Assembly (NCBI GenBank): GCA_951406725.2
Contig: OX597820.1
Span: 88,102,001 to 88,166,000, forward strand
Source: Octopus vulgaris
Lineage: Eukaryota
Length of the DNA: 64,000 bases
Reading direction: 5' to 3'
The notes beneath the pieces were generated by a model that worked only from the letters and a program-made list of their open reading frames with translations, ran no database searches and was not told the DNA's origin. Below, piece by piece: positions 54,801 through 64,000 of this stretch (within the stretch, counting starts at the first letter, position 1; each line of letters begins with the position of its first letter). Position numbers and translations under genes: made by a program.

Positions 54801-57352
54801 CACACACACACACACACATACATACATACATATATATATATATATGTGCGTGTGTGTTTGTGTCTGTATATGTCCTCCACCACTGCTCGACAACCAATAT
54901 TGGCATGATTATGTCTCTCAAACTTAGTAGTTGGGTAAAAGAGATGGAATAAATACCAGGCTTTAAAAACAATCACTGCTGTCGATTCATTTGATTAAAA
55001 ATTCAGCAAGGCAGTGCCCCAGCATGGCCGTAATCTAATGACTGAAACAAATAAAAGGAATACAAACTGCAAACAATTTCTAGACATCATTATATGACTC
55101 CAACCTGATTTATTCTGTTTCAAACCAAATCATCTGAAAACGAATAACAATTGGATCATATCACAATACCGCAAGGTAAGAATTATTATTTGCCCTCTTT
55201 GATGGGTGTGTTACACTCACCTAATACACCTATGATAGACGTTGGTACTTAATTTACTAATCACAGGAGACATAAAATAAAGAGTTGACCATGGCACGAT
55301 AAAAAAACTCAAAACGTAAAGGGACATAACTCTATATCACATTCTTACTATCAACAGAATTTATTTTGCCGTCAATATCCAACAATAATGATTTTTAAAT
55401 ATAATTTGTAGAGAAGGGATTAGGTGTTGAAAGATAGATCAACTTCAATATTTGGCTGGTACTGTACCTTATAAATCATAGGCAGAAAAAGAAATGGCAA
55501 AGTCAATTCAGGTAGGATTTACCTAATAATAATAATAATCTTTTCTACTACAGGCACAAGGCCTAAAATTTTGGGGGTGGGGGTCTAGTCAATTACATCA
55601 AATCTAGTACTCAACTGGTTCTAAATTTATTGACCCCCAAAAGGATGAAAGGCAAAGTTGACCTCAATGAAATTGTAAATCAGAATAGAAAGTCAAGAAG
55701 AAGAAGAACAACAACAACAGTTTCAAATTTTCCCACAAGGGCAGCCTTTTTGTGGGAGGGGATGTGTCGATTACATCGACCCAAGTGTTCAACTGGTACT
55801 TAATTTATCGACCCTGAAAGGATGAAAGGCAAAGTCGACCTCAGTGGCGTTTGAACTTACATCGTAGCGGCAGGTGAAATACCACTAAACATTTTGCCCA
55901 GTGTGCTAATGATTCTACTAGTTCGTTGCCTTAATAATAATAATGATTTCAAATTTTACAAGGCAACCATTTTGGAGGAGAGGAAGAGTCGATTATATCA
56001 ACCCCAGTGTTTGACTGGTACTTGTTTTATCGACCCCGAAAAGGATGAAAGGCAAAGTCAACCTTAGTGGAATTTGAACTTAGAACGTAACAGCAAAGGA
56101 AATACCGCTAAACATTTTGTCCAGCATGCTAATGATTCTGCCAGCTCACTGCCTTAGTGATAATAATAATAATAATAATTGTTTAATTATTGTCTTAATT
56201 ATTCAAAAAGAAATTAATAGGATACACACCAAGAAAATACTTACAATGATTCTTTATCAGAAGGTGGAGTATATTTCAAAATCTTCAAAGTATTCATAAT
56301 ACGAAGAGCTGTCTGATCAGGAGTTTCTTGTCTAATATCAAGTTTGTGCTGAAAAGGAACAGAAATATAAAACGAAGGTATTGGTAAATTTTGTCCAAAT
56401 TTCTGAAATGAGGAATTATGGTTCTCATCTTGGTTATTACAGACATATTTTGATCATTGTACCCTCTGGCCATCATCAGGTGTCTGTCATATTTCATAGT
56501 CTTCTCAGAATTTCCAACAAAACCCTTTAATTAATTCATTAGCATTTACATAATTCTTTCAAAATTAAAACTCATTTATTTACATTGTCTTGAATTAATC
56601 ATGCATTATCTCTAGCGTCAAAATTTTGATGAAGTAACTGTTAATATTTAGAATGATGTTGTAAGGCTGGTGTGATATGTCAGATCTGGACAGTTTGAAC
56701 ATAATAGAATATTTTGGCAGGACGTGGTCAGTTTAAATGCTAAAGGGTTAAACCAACAGAGGTAGACTAATCTCATTTTGTTGTCTATACAAGGGATATT
56801 CTAATTCTGATGTGGATTGCTTATTCCCCTTGAAACAGTGTGTGTGTGTGTACATATTCACTGCATCAATGTGTCCATCCCTATTCATCTCTTGTGCACA
56901 CTCCTATCCACCCTCTCTATTCTTTTGCCCCAAATTCTCTCATATCCACCTTGTACCTTGAGGCTATGCCTGACCATCTCTCTCTCTCTTTTAGTCCATC
57001 TTCCTTTCCAATCAGCAGAGACAGGTCCTCAGCAAAACACTTGTTCTTGTCCCCTCTATCATACTTTCACCTCCTTCAATACTACTCCTCAACTCAGTGG
57101 AAAGGTCTTGTCTTGCAGTGGAAAAGTCATGTCTTGGTGATCTCACTGTTGATGGCACCATGAAAAAAATTACCCGGTATCATGAAAAAATGCACCTGGT
57201 GCACTCAGTAATGTTGGCATTAGGAAGTGCATCCAGTTGTAGAACCCATGCCAAAACTGACATTGAAGCTTGGGACAGGCTTCTTACTTGTCAGTTCCTG
57301 TTGAATTGTTTATGCCAGCATGAGTAAAAGATATTAACCAAAGATGATTTTA

Positions 57353-57387
<35 letters not shown>

Positions 57388-58810
57388 ACAATAAATACTA
57401 AAACTATTGAGGTGAATTTGCAGTTATCTTAGTGCAGTGAAAGCAGCATTAAGATAACATGTTAATGACTTTCAGTCATAGTCGCATGCTTGAAGAAGCT
57501 TCAGAGAAACTAGAACTAGTCTATTAAACTTTATTTTATTGAGTTTGGAAGGATAAAAGCAAGGTTCAAAATGAGCCGAATTTGAATTCAGTATGTAAAG
57601 GGCTAGAACTAAATATTGCAAGGCATTTTGTCCAACACTCAAACAATTCCACCAATCCCTCACCTTATTCTTGGACACTGCTTGACTAGATCAGATAACA
57701 TCCCCCGCCTGGAAACCTTTTGATACTGAAATAGATGAGCTCTGGCAACACTGCTTTCTCTATCAGAGCTTTACTGAACACATTGATCTCACACATTTCC
57801 CCTATCCTTATTCATATGCTTCAGTTTTATATGAGGGGGTACCCAAAAGAAACCAGAATTTTGCAATATTATTTTAATCACTAAGTTTTACATGTTTCCA
57901 CTTTTATTGCCTTTAAAGTATTCCCCATTTGAAGCAATTCATCAATCCAGGTGCATTTTCCACTATCCGAAGCAGAGCTGGAACTCTTGTGAAGCGATAC
58001 CTTTTAACGCCTCCATCATTTTCTCTTCATCTCTTCCACATCTGCAAATTCTGTAGCGCCAACTTTCGCCACCAGTGATGACCTTCAAAAAAAGGTCTGG
58101 ATCAACTTCCAACTGTTCTTTCAGTTCATGACATGCATTTAGTAGTGACTGCTTTTGATCTTCTGTGAGCAAGCAAGGCACAAATTTTTCTGCATTCACA
58201 ATCCCTCTCTCAAAATTCATTGACACACCATGACACACCAATCATATCAAGTTTGTCAATTGTTCAGTGCAGATTCTTCAAGATCAGTTCATGAATTTTC
58301 TTAATGTTTTCATTCATTAGGGAGGTCAACAATCGTCTTGAATGACAGCTGCTTCAGCTACCGTTTTCCCCTGCAGAAAACAGAGTTTCATAGAAGCATA
58401 CTGTTCCTACATTTCAGCCATCACAAAAGTTGATGAACAAAGGAGAAGCACTGCAAAACAAAGACACACCATGTGGCAGTAGTACAGCACTCGATGCTGC
58501 CGGTCAGCACACTGATGCCTGAGGGTCGCATCAAGTGGTTTCTAGCTGTAGAAGCCTGAACTACAATGGGCTTGTCCCACAGAGAACGTTTCCAGTTACT
58601 TTTGGGTACCCTCGTACATGTGGATAATCTACAAGCAGAGAAGAAAAGAAGTTAAATGCTAATTACCTTAGAGTCTATTTCTGCCAAAACATCTGTAAGA
58701 ATCTGTAGTAATGACAATGGCTCCAAGCTATCAAAAGATATCAGGTTAAAATTCTTATTGAAGGGTTCCTTGTTCAACCCTTGAACAATAAATTTCAGTT
58801 GATCCCTCAT
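28381..58810 (-). CDS. IFT81: Intraflagellar transport protein 81 (IFT-B1 core; N-terminal CH domain plus coiled coils), 14 coding exons, 682 aa
   Basis: Joined exons (144+104+181+156+111+85+164+96+147+150+219+87+158+247 = 2049 nt) give one open frame from [17 protein letters not shown] to EEDRLVL*, colinear with vertebrate IFT81 as recalled (MSDQIKFIMDSLNKEPF...EDRLIL). All junctions are GT-AG with compatible phases. Confidence 0.97.
28790..29095. repeat. Degenerate ~20-24-bp minisatellite (CCTGTCAACCCAGCTATCTA-like) in the last IFT81 intron
   Basis: Directly visible. Confidence 0.75.
29126..29283 (-). CDS. IFT81: IFT81 coding exon 13
   Basis: [52 protein letters not shown](R); TAG/GTAAAT. 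Confidence 0.93.
31260..31600. repeat. Degenerate ~100-bp tandem repeat (4 units, GAAATTATG..TAACAGGGTAC core)
   Basis: Cores at ~31270, 31370, 31462, 31558. Confidence 0.65.
32813..32899 (-). CDS. IFT81: IFT81 coding exon 12
   Basis: [29 protein letters not shown]; TAG/GTAAGT. Confidence 0.92.
34280..34498 (-). CDS. IFT81: IFT81 coding exon 11
   Basis: [43 protein letters not shown]...[16 protein letters not shown]; TAG/GTTAGT. Confidence 0.95.
34600..34730. mobile_element. Tc1/mariner MITE, 131 bp
   Basis: TA-CAAAATGATTCAAAACTCACCATACATA ... TATGTATGGCGACTTTTGAATCACCCTG-TA. Confidence 0.75.
37630..37779 (-). CDS. IFT81: IFT81 coding exon 10
   Basis: [50 protein letters not shown]; TAG/GTAAGT. 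Confidence 0.94.
38025..38625 (-). mobile_element. CR1/L2 LINE 3' end; short plus-strand copy of its tail at ~47010-47205
   Basis: [23 protein letters not shown]...NTRGHVYKV...[14 protein letters not shown]. Confidence 0.9.
39900..40046 (-). CDS. IFT81: IFT81 coding exon 9
   Basis: [49 protein letters not shown]; CAG/GTAAGC. Confidence 0.93.
40218..40313 (-). CDS. IFT81: IFT81 coding exon 8
   Basis: [32 protein letters not shown]; CAG/GTGAGT. Confidence 0.94.
42196..42359 (-). CDS. IFT81: IFT81 coding exon 7
   Basis: [54 protein letters not shown]; TAG/GTAAGC. Confidence 0.93.
42560..42930 (-). mobile_element. Degraded RTE LINE fragment inside a TTAA MITE (42407-42959)
   Basis: Minus strand encodes [12 protein letters not shown] (RTE hallmark). 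Confidence 0.7.
43110..44160 (-). mobile_element. Degraded RLE-type (R4/NeSL-like) retrotransposon 3' region, same type as 14910-15420
   Basis: Zinc knuckle CWLC...[10 protein letters not shown] followed by a [11 protein letters not shown]-like endonuclease segment. Confidence 0.75.
44614..44698 (-). CDS. IFT81: IFT81 coding exon 6
   Basis: [28 protein letters not shown], 85 nt; CAG/GTAAGT. Confidence 0.9.
46719..46829 (-). CDS. IFT81: IFT81 coding exon 5
   Basis: [37 protein letters not shown]; TAG/GTATGT. Confidence 0.93.
49811..49966 (-). CDS. IFT81: IFT81 coding exon 4
   Basis: [52 protein letters not shown]; CAG/GTAAGT. Confidence 0.96.
51667..51847 (-). CDS. IFT81: IFT81 coding exon 3
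   Basis: [60 protein letters not shown]; hallmark LKKRAYLA motif; AG/GTAAGT. Confidence 0.96.
56245..56348 (-). CDS. IFT81: IFT81 coding exon 2
   Basis: [47 protein letters not shown], 104 nt. Confidence 0.93.
56531..56751. mobile_element. piggyBac-like MITE (TTAA...TGCTAAAGGG-TTAA)
   Basis: Ends TTAATTCATTAGCATT and AATGCTAAAGGGTTAA; relatives at 42407-42959 and ~63486-63710. Confidence 0.65.
57832..58614 (-). mobile_element. Internally deleted mariner element
   Basis: TIRs GAGGG(GG)TACCCAAAAG(A/T)AAC flanked by TA; remnant [13 protein letters not shown]...VITGGESW matches the mariner WVP and ITGDE motifs. Confidence 0.85.
58667..58810 (-). CDS. IFT81: IFT81 coding exon 1
   Basis: [48 protein letters not shown]; donor GTAATT; candidate acceptor AG at 58836-58835 just upstream of the ATG. 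Confidence 0.95.
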
Positions 58811-60799
58811 TGTGTTTTTTTCAGTGATTTAAAGCTAAAAGAGACATTCAAAGAATAAGAATAATAATTAGAAACAATAAATAAAGGCTTTCTGAAGGTA
58901 AAGGAAATATAAAAATGTTTGTCCACAAGTAATCAATAACCAAGTGGACTAATGATCTAAAGCAGATCGCCATGGTTATCATTTCTTTCATATCTAGAAC
59001 CACAAAGTCTATGTGCTCTGTTTTTAAGATAATAGTGCTTTTAAGGAAGATTCTGTTGCTAATTCTAGTAGGCTGGTAGACTTAATTCTATGGTGGTCAC
59101 TAAAGAGAAAAATAGGTTGAAAGAGTTATATCCCTTGGTAGTTGACTGCGTCTTAAATTGGGATGAATGTACAGGATAATGATATTATATTGTGTCTGAG
59201 GAGAGTCATTTTCTTTTTGTGCCTTATAATGTAACACACCCACCGGTAAAATTTCCCCTTATTTCTTATTTTTATTTTCCTAAAATTTTCGTTGCGTCTT
59301 GCAACCTTTTCAATAGTCAAGACTATTACATTATAAGCCACAAAAAGAAAATGACTCTCCCCAGACACAGCAGAATATGCTTCAACAGACGAACTCATAA
59401 AGAATCCAAAACTGAAATATAATGATATTATATATATATAATTCACGAAACCACTTAAGAGATGTGAAGAAAGACAAGTGAAACTGAATACCAGTAGCAC
59501 CATTTGTTGGTGCCACAGAAGTATTCGAGCGCACACGCACACATAAGCGCGCGCATCTCGACTTTCCTGATAACTTTCTGAAAGAAATGTATATTTTCAT
59601 GAAATTTTGCAGAGATACATTTCGAGAGTATAGTTTACGATTATATTAATAATATTCAGCTAGCAGAATCGCTACCACGTCGGACAAACAGTTGAGCAGC
59701 AATTCTTCAGGCACTTATTGTTCTGAGTTCAAATTCCGCTGAAGTCGACTTTGCCTTTCACCCCTTCGAGATCGATAAAATAATTATCAGTTGAGCACTG
59801 AGGTCGATGTAATCAACTACCACCCTCCTCCAAAACGTGAGGACTCGTATTTACAGTAGAAATGATAATTACTTTTGAAGTAGTTTTGGATCATTCCCCC
59901 TGCAATCTTGAGTTTTCTTTTCCAAACTATTTTTAAAATATAGTTCAAATGTACAGAAAACAAAAGAGAAAAAATGTTGGGATTAACTGTAAACATTTTA
60001 AAAACTGTTTTAAATATATATATTCCAGCGGGTAGATTACGTAAAGTTGAGGTTTTAAATTTATAAAGGTGAACCCTCTCCCCTGCAAATGCTGAAGTTA
60101 CGGAGATAAGTCGGATATTAAGTGTGGAGGAAAAAAACCCCAAACAATTTGAAACTCCCAACAACTTTTTTTTTCTTCTAAATTCTAACAATATAATTGT
60201 AATCTACATGTTCGAAAACGTAAATCTGCGAAATTTCTTGAAAAAAATATATTTTCAGAAAGTTATGAAGGAACAAATTTAGAGCGGAACACCAATATAT
60301 AGTTATAATGCCCATTGGTTCATCGGCTTTTTCTAAAGTTTATATCGTAAACACTAGAAACTGCTAACAGAAAAACATGCACAAATACACATATCAATTA
60401 CTTGTCTCAAAATATGTAATATTATTCACAATTTGATATATCAATACACCGTCTTAACCAAGAACAGGTAAATGAAGTAACAAGAATAATTACATACATT
60501 TATCAAATGTGTGTGTACACTAGTCAGCAAGTGCCTCATCTAAGTCGAAAGATCTACTAGATGTAGCAGCGAAATTTCCTCCAAGCCACAAATTCTTGTG
60601 GTAGATAAAGAAAAAGGACATTCAAGAAACGCTCACAAAACAAATGAGGATGTAAGTGTTCGTTTCACCAACTATTTATTCATCCACCCAGTCCGGTCTG
60701 AATAAAGTTCATGTTTATGAAGAACATAACTTGAATAAAGAAATAATGGGATGACATTAACTGAAATTATAAGAAAATATATATATATATATTAAATAT

Positions 60800-61090
60800 T
60801 TACCTCACCTAAAGACTTTAGTTATTATTATTTTTTTTTTTTTTTACTTTGTCCGTAAAATGTACCATGTACGCAATAAAACTTGTAAACACTATAACTT
60901 AGGTATGTATATATATATATGTACAGTAAAGTCGTTGTGACAACGGTATCCAACAGAATAATTAACTCAGCCTCGTTCTGATAATCTACGTCGACTTCCG
61001 TTTAGTTTATGACTTCCTTTGTGGAATCCGTGTTTCTCCAGTCTCCGCCTTTTCATTAATTAATATTTCTCCGTTGCTCGTTAGCAAAAA
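60800..61090. promoter_or_regulatory. Probable (bidirectional) promoter and IFT81 5'UTR exon region
   Basis: Repeat-free, locally CpG-rich; ETS-like ACTTCCG near 60996; palindrome CGTTGTGACAACG at 60933-60945; minus-strand donor-like AG|GTGAG|GTAAAT at 60810-60798. Confidence 0.5.
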
Positions 61091-61123
61091 ATGGCTAATA
61101 GTAACAAAAGTAAAAAGAGTACA
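61091..61123 (+). CDS. Putative first coding exon of an unidentified divergent gene (MANSNKSKKST)
   Basis: AAAAATGG start context, 11 codons, then consensus donor GTGAGT at 61124; no downstream exon recognised in the window. Confidence 0.45.
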
Positions 61124-61547
61124 GTGAGTATAGTTTGTTTATATTACAAGCAGCTGGTTATTTAAGGGATCTTCAATTTACCCCTTCCATATGTAGCGCT
61201 CCATCTGATGTTTATTGTTTAGTTGACACCGAACTAGATCTGTCCAAGCCAACATGTAATTTAAAGCTATCCCAGCTGTATCCGTCCCGTCCACCTTGTA
61301 TATATATGTACGACTTTGTTTTGCAATAATTTCCTTCTCTCTCAAAATGATATGGGAATTATTTGAACGAAGTGTGAATTTCTATTTCCAGCCGGTCAAA
61401 TTCTTCCCTTTCTAACTCCGTCGTCTTTGACATATCTTTTACACGTCTTAAAATACAACGTTCACTCACATAATATACACATGCAGAAATATGTATGTTG
61501 TTTTTCATACATCTACGCACTTATCGAATATATTTTAATCGCATTTA

Positions 61548-61763
61548 AGGCGGCGAGCTGGCAGAATCGTTAGCACGCCGGGCGAAATGCGTATCCATAT
61601 TTCGTCTGTCGTTACGTTCCGAGTTCAAATTCCGCCGAGGTCGACTTTCGGGGTCGATAAATTAAGTACCAGTTTCGCACTGGGGTCGATGTAATCGACT
61701 TAATCCGTTTGTCTGTCTTTATTTGTCCCCTCTATGTTTAACCCCTTGTGGGTAGTAAAGAAA
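61548..61763 (+). mobile_element. Young SINE family A with TSD and small internal deletion
   Basis: TSD ATATATTTTAATCGCAT on both sides; lacks GCCTTTCATCCTTT. Confidence 0.88.
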
Positions 61764-64000
61764 TATATATTTTAATCGCATGAATACATCGTTGCTGATA
61801 CCTGTTGCCACAAGCCAAATGATCTCAAAAATTGTTAATAATTATATTGGCATTTTCGTTCGTTTTTACATTGCTGAGGTTGACTCTGCCTTTCTTCCTT
61901 TCGGGGTCGATAAACTAAGTAGCCGTCGAGCACTACTGTTTATGTAATCGACTCTCCCCAGAACTTGCTGACAATTTGGCCAGTTTCTTTGGCACTACGC
62001 ACTTAAAAACTTTTCGATAATAATAATAAAAAAACTAAATATTTTCAGGCGAAAAGGTGTGTGATTTAAGGGAGATGTGGTTGTTGTTTCTGGCACATTG
62101 CACAACCACCATCATCCTTTCATTGACATTCTCACATATATTGATATTTTTCAATGTTTTTCTCTTCATAAACTCATTTTATGGTTTGATAATTGGGGAA
62201 GTAACACGCGCGCGGTCCATTGCTGGATTATAAACACAAAAAGAAAAAAATTGTAACTAATTAAGTGTCCCTCCCAAACCAAGCGAGACCATGTGTATAC
62301 AAGAAAAAAAAGGCATATTTACTAACAGAAAAGTATGCTATTAAAATAAATCATCTTTTACATATCTCTTTTTAAAATCACTGTGGATTCTAAGCAATGA
62401 CCTCAGAAGTTTTTGCTTTAATAGCATAAATATGTTTATGGGGAGAAAAATACTGGAAAACATCAATACATGTGAAAGTGGCAAAGAAACGAGGGAGGTG
62501 GTTTGTGCAATGTGTAAGAAACAACAACCAAATCTCCCTTAAATTACACACCTTTTCATCTGAAAATATTTACAATTTTGTTGTTTTTTTACTGAAAGGG
62601 CTTCTCCCATGGCTTTCGAGCATGAAGTACCAGAAGAATTGGCCAAATCAGTCTGGGGGTAGAGAGGGTGTAAGGTGAAAAAAAAAAAAAAATTTCCAAA
62701 ATTTCTTTTCATAGAACGATGCTCCCCATTATTATGAAGACCATGGTACAAAAAAGAAGAAGAAAAAAAGGGGGAAATTCCCCATCAAAACAGAAATTCC
62801 AACTTATTTGGGCATCCTGATCTGAAACTCTGCCCAATATTCTTAAAGAAAATAAATACTATATATTCTTTTCTACTCTAGGCACAAGGCCCGAAATTTT
62901 GGGAGAGGGGGCCAGTTGATTAGATGGACCCCAGTACACAACTAGTAATTAATTTATCGACCCTAAAAGGTAAAGTTGACCTCAGCAGAATTTGAACTCA
63001 GAACGTAAAGACAGACGAAATACCACTAAATATTTTGCGTGGTGTGCTAACGTTTCTTCTAGCTTGCTGCCTTGGTCAATACATACTGTCTATTGATTGC
63101 AGTGTACAAATAATGAAGGCCATTTCTTTTATGTTTTACAATATTACTTTATTGTCATATGCAAATTACTTAGAAGTGTTGTTTTTATTCATTAAAGTTT
63201 GTGAAATTAGGTCAGACAGTTGTGTAGAATGGATCTGGCTGTTAGCTAAATTTCTCATGAAGATCACCCTTCTGCCTTTGTTTAGTTTGTAATGCATTTT
63301 ATGCATTACAAAATGCATTTTATGATGGATAATATTAAAATGAATGAAGAAAGACAGTTTTTTCACCACAGTACGATAGATTTAAAAAGGATTTGATAGG
63401 CATATTAAAGGAGTTTGGCTCAAATATAAATACTACTACTAACCTAACAATAACAATTTCATGCATAAGTGATCACAATCATCATTTAACTCTTTAGCAT
63501 TTGTACTGGCTCTATCTGACCCAAATATTCTACCTCCTTCATGTTCAAACTGGTCAGATCCAGCCACTTACACCTATTTGACAATGTCATTCTTAAAATA
63601 AAGCTCTAGCATGACTGTGGCTGAAATGAATACAGGAATAATCTCACCATGAGAACACAAAAGAATGAATAAATATCTGTTGCACTTGACGGAATAATCT
63701 GAATGCTAAAATGTCATTGTCCACTTTTCCGTGCCAGCATAAGTCAGATGGAATTTGTGGAGGTGTATATTCTCTGGCCAGATGCTTCTCCTGTCACCAA
63801 CACTCACTTGTCTCCAGCTCAGGTAATATTTCCTCATGGAAAGACATTGTTTTCATGAAAACTTGGCAATGAAGGTCACTGCTCGTATGATGGTGAGATA
63901 TGTTTGCTACTATCAGGCAATGACAAGGCTACACATATACATACATGTATGTGTATATATATATATAAATCAAATGGAAATTGTAAAGATACCCATGCTG

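Overview
Eukaryotic, AT-rich, repeat-dense animal DNA; the SINE and microsatellite landscape points to an octopus (coleoid cephalopod). The only well-supported protein-coding gene is IFT81 (intraflagellar transport 81) on the minus strand. I reconstructed it by hand as 14 coding exons from ATG 58810 to TAA 28381 (2049 nt, 682 aa, all introns GT-AG and in phase). Upstream is a CpG-rich promoter region (~60.8-61.1 kb) that may be shared with a divergent plus-strand gene (candidate first exon MANSNKSKKST). Most of the rest is transposon debris: tRNA-derived SINE families, CR1/L2, RTE, R4/RLE and Tx1-like LINE fragments, Tc1/mariner relics, nested MITEs and a large foldback element. No prokaryote-type system (CRISPR etc.) is present. 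The most unusual signals are: (i) short fold-back elements beside (TA)n tracts carrying hammerhead-ribozyme-like cores, probably Penelope-like terminal repeats; (ii) a SINE that repeatedly stacks into its own copies at one GGTA site; (iii) a CpG-decay boundary that outlines the gene bodies. All assignments are by eye, with no database search; repeat coordinates are approximate.
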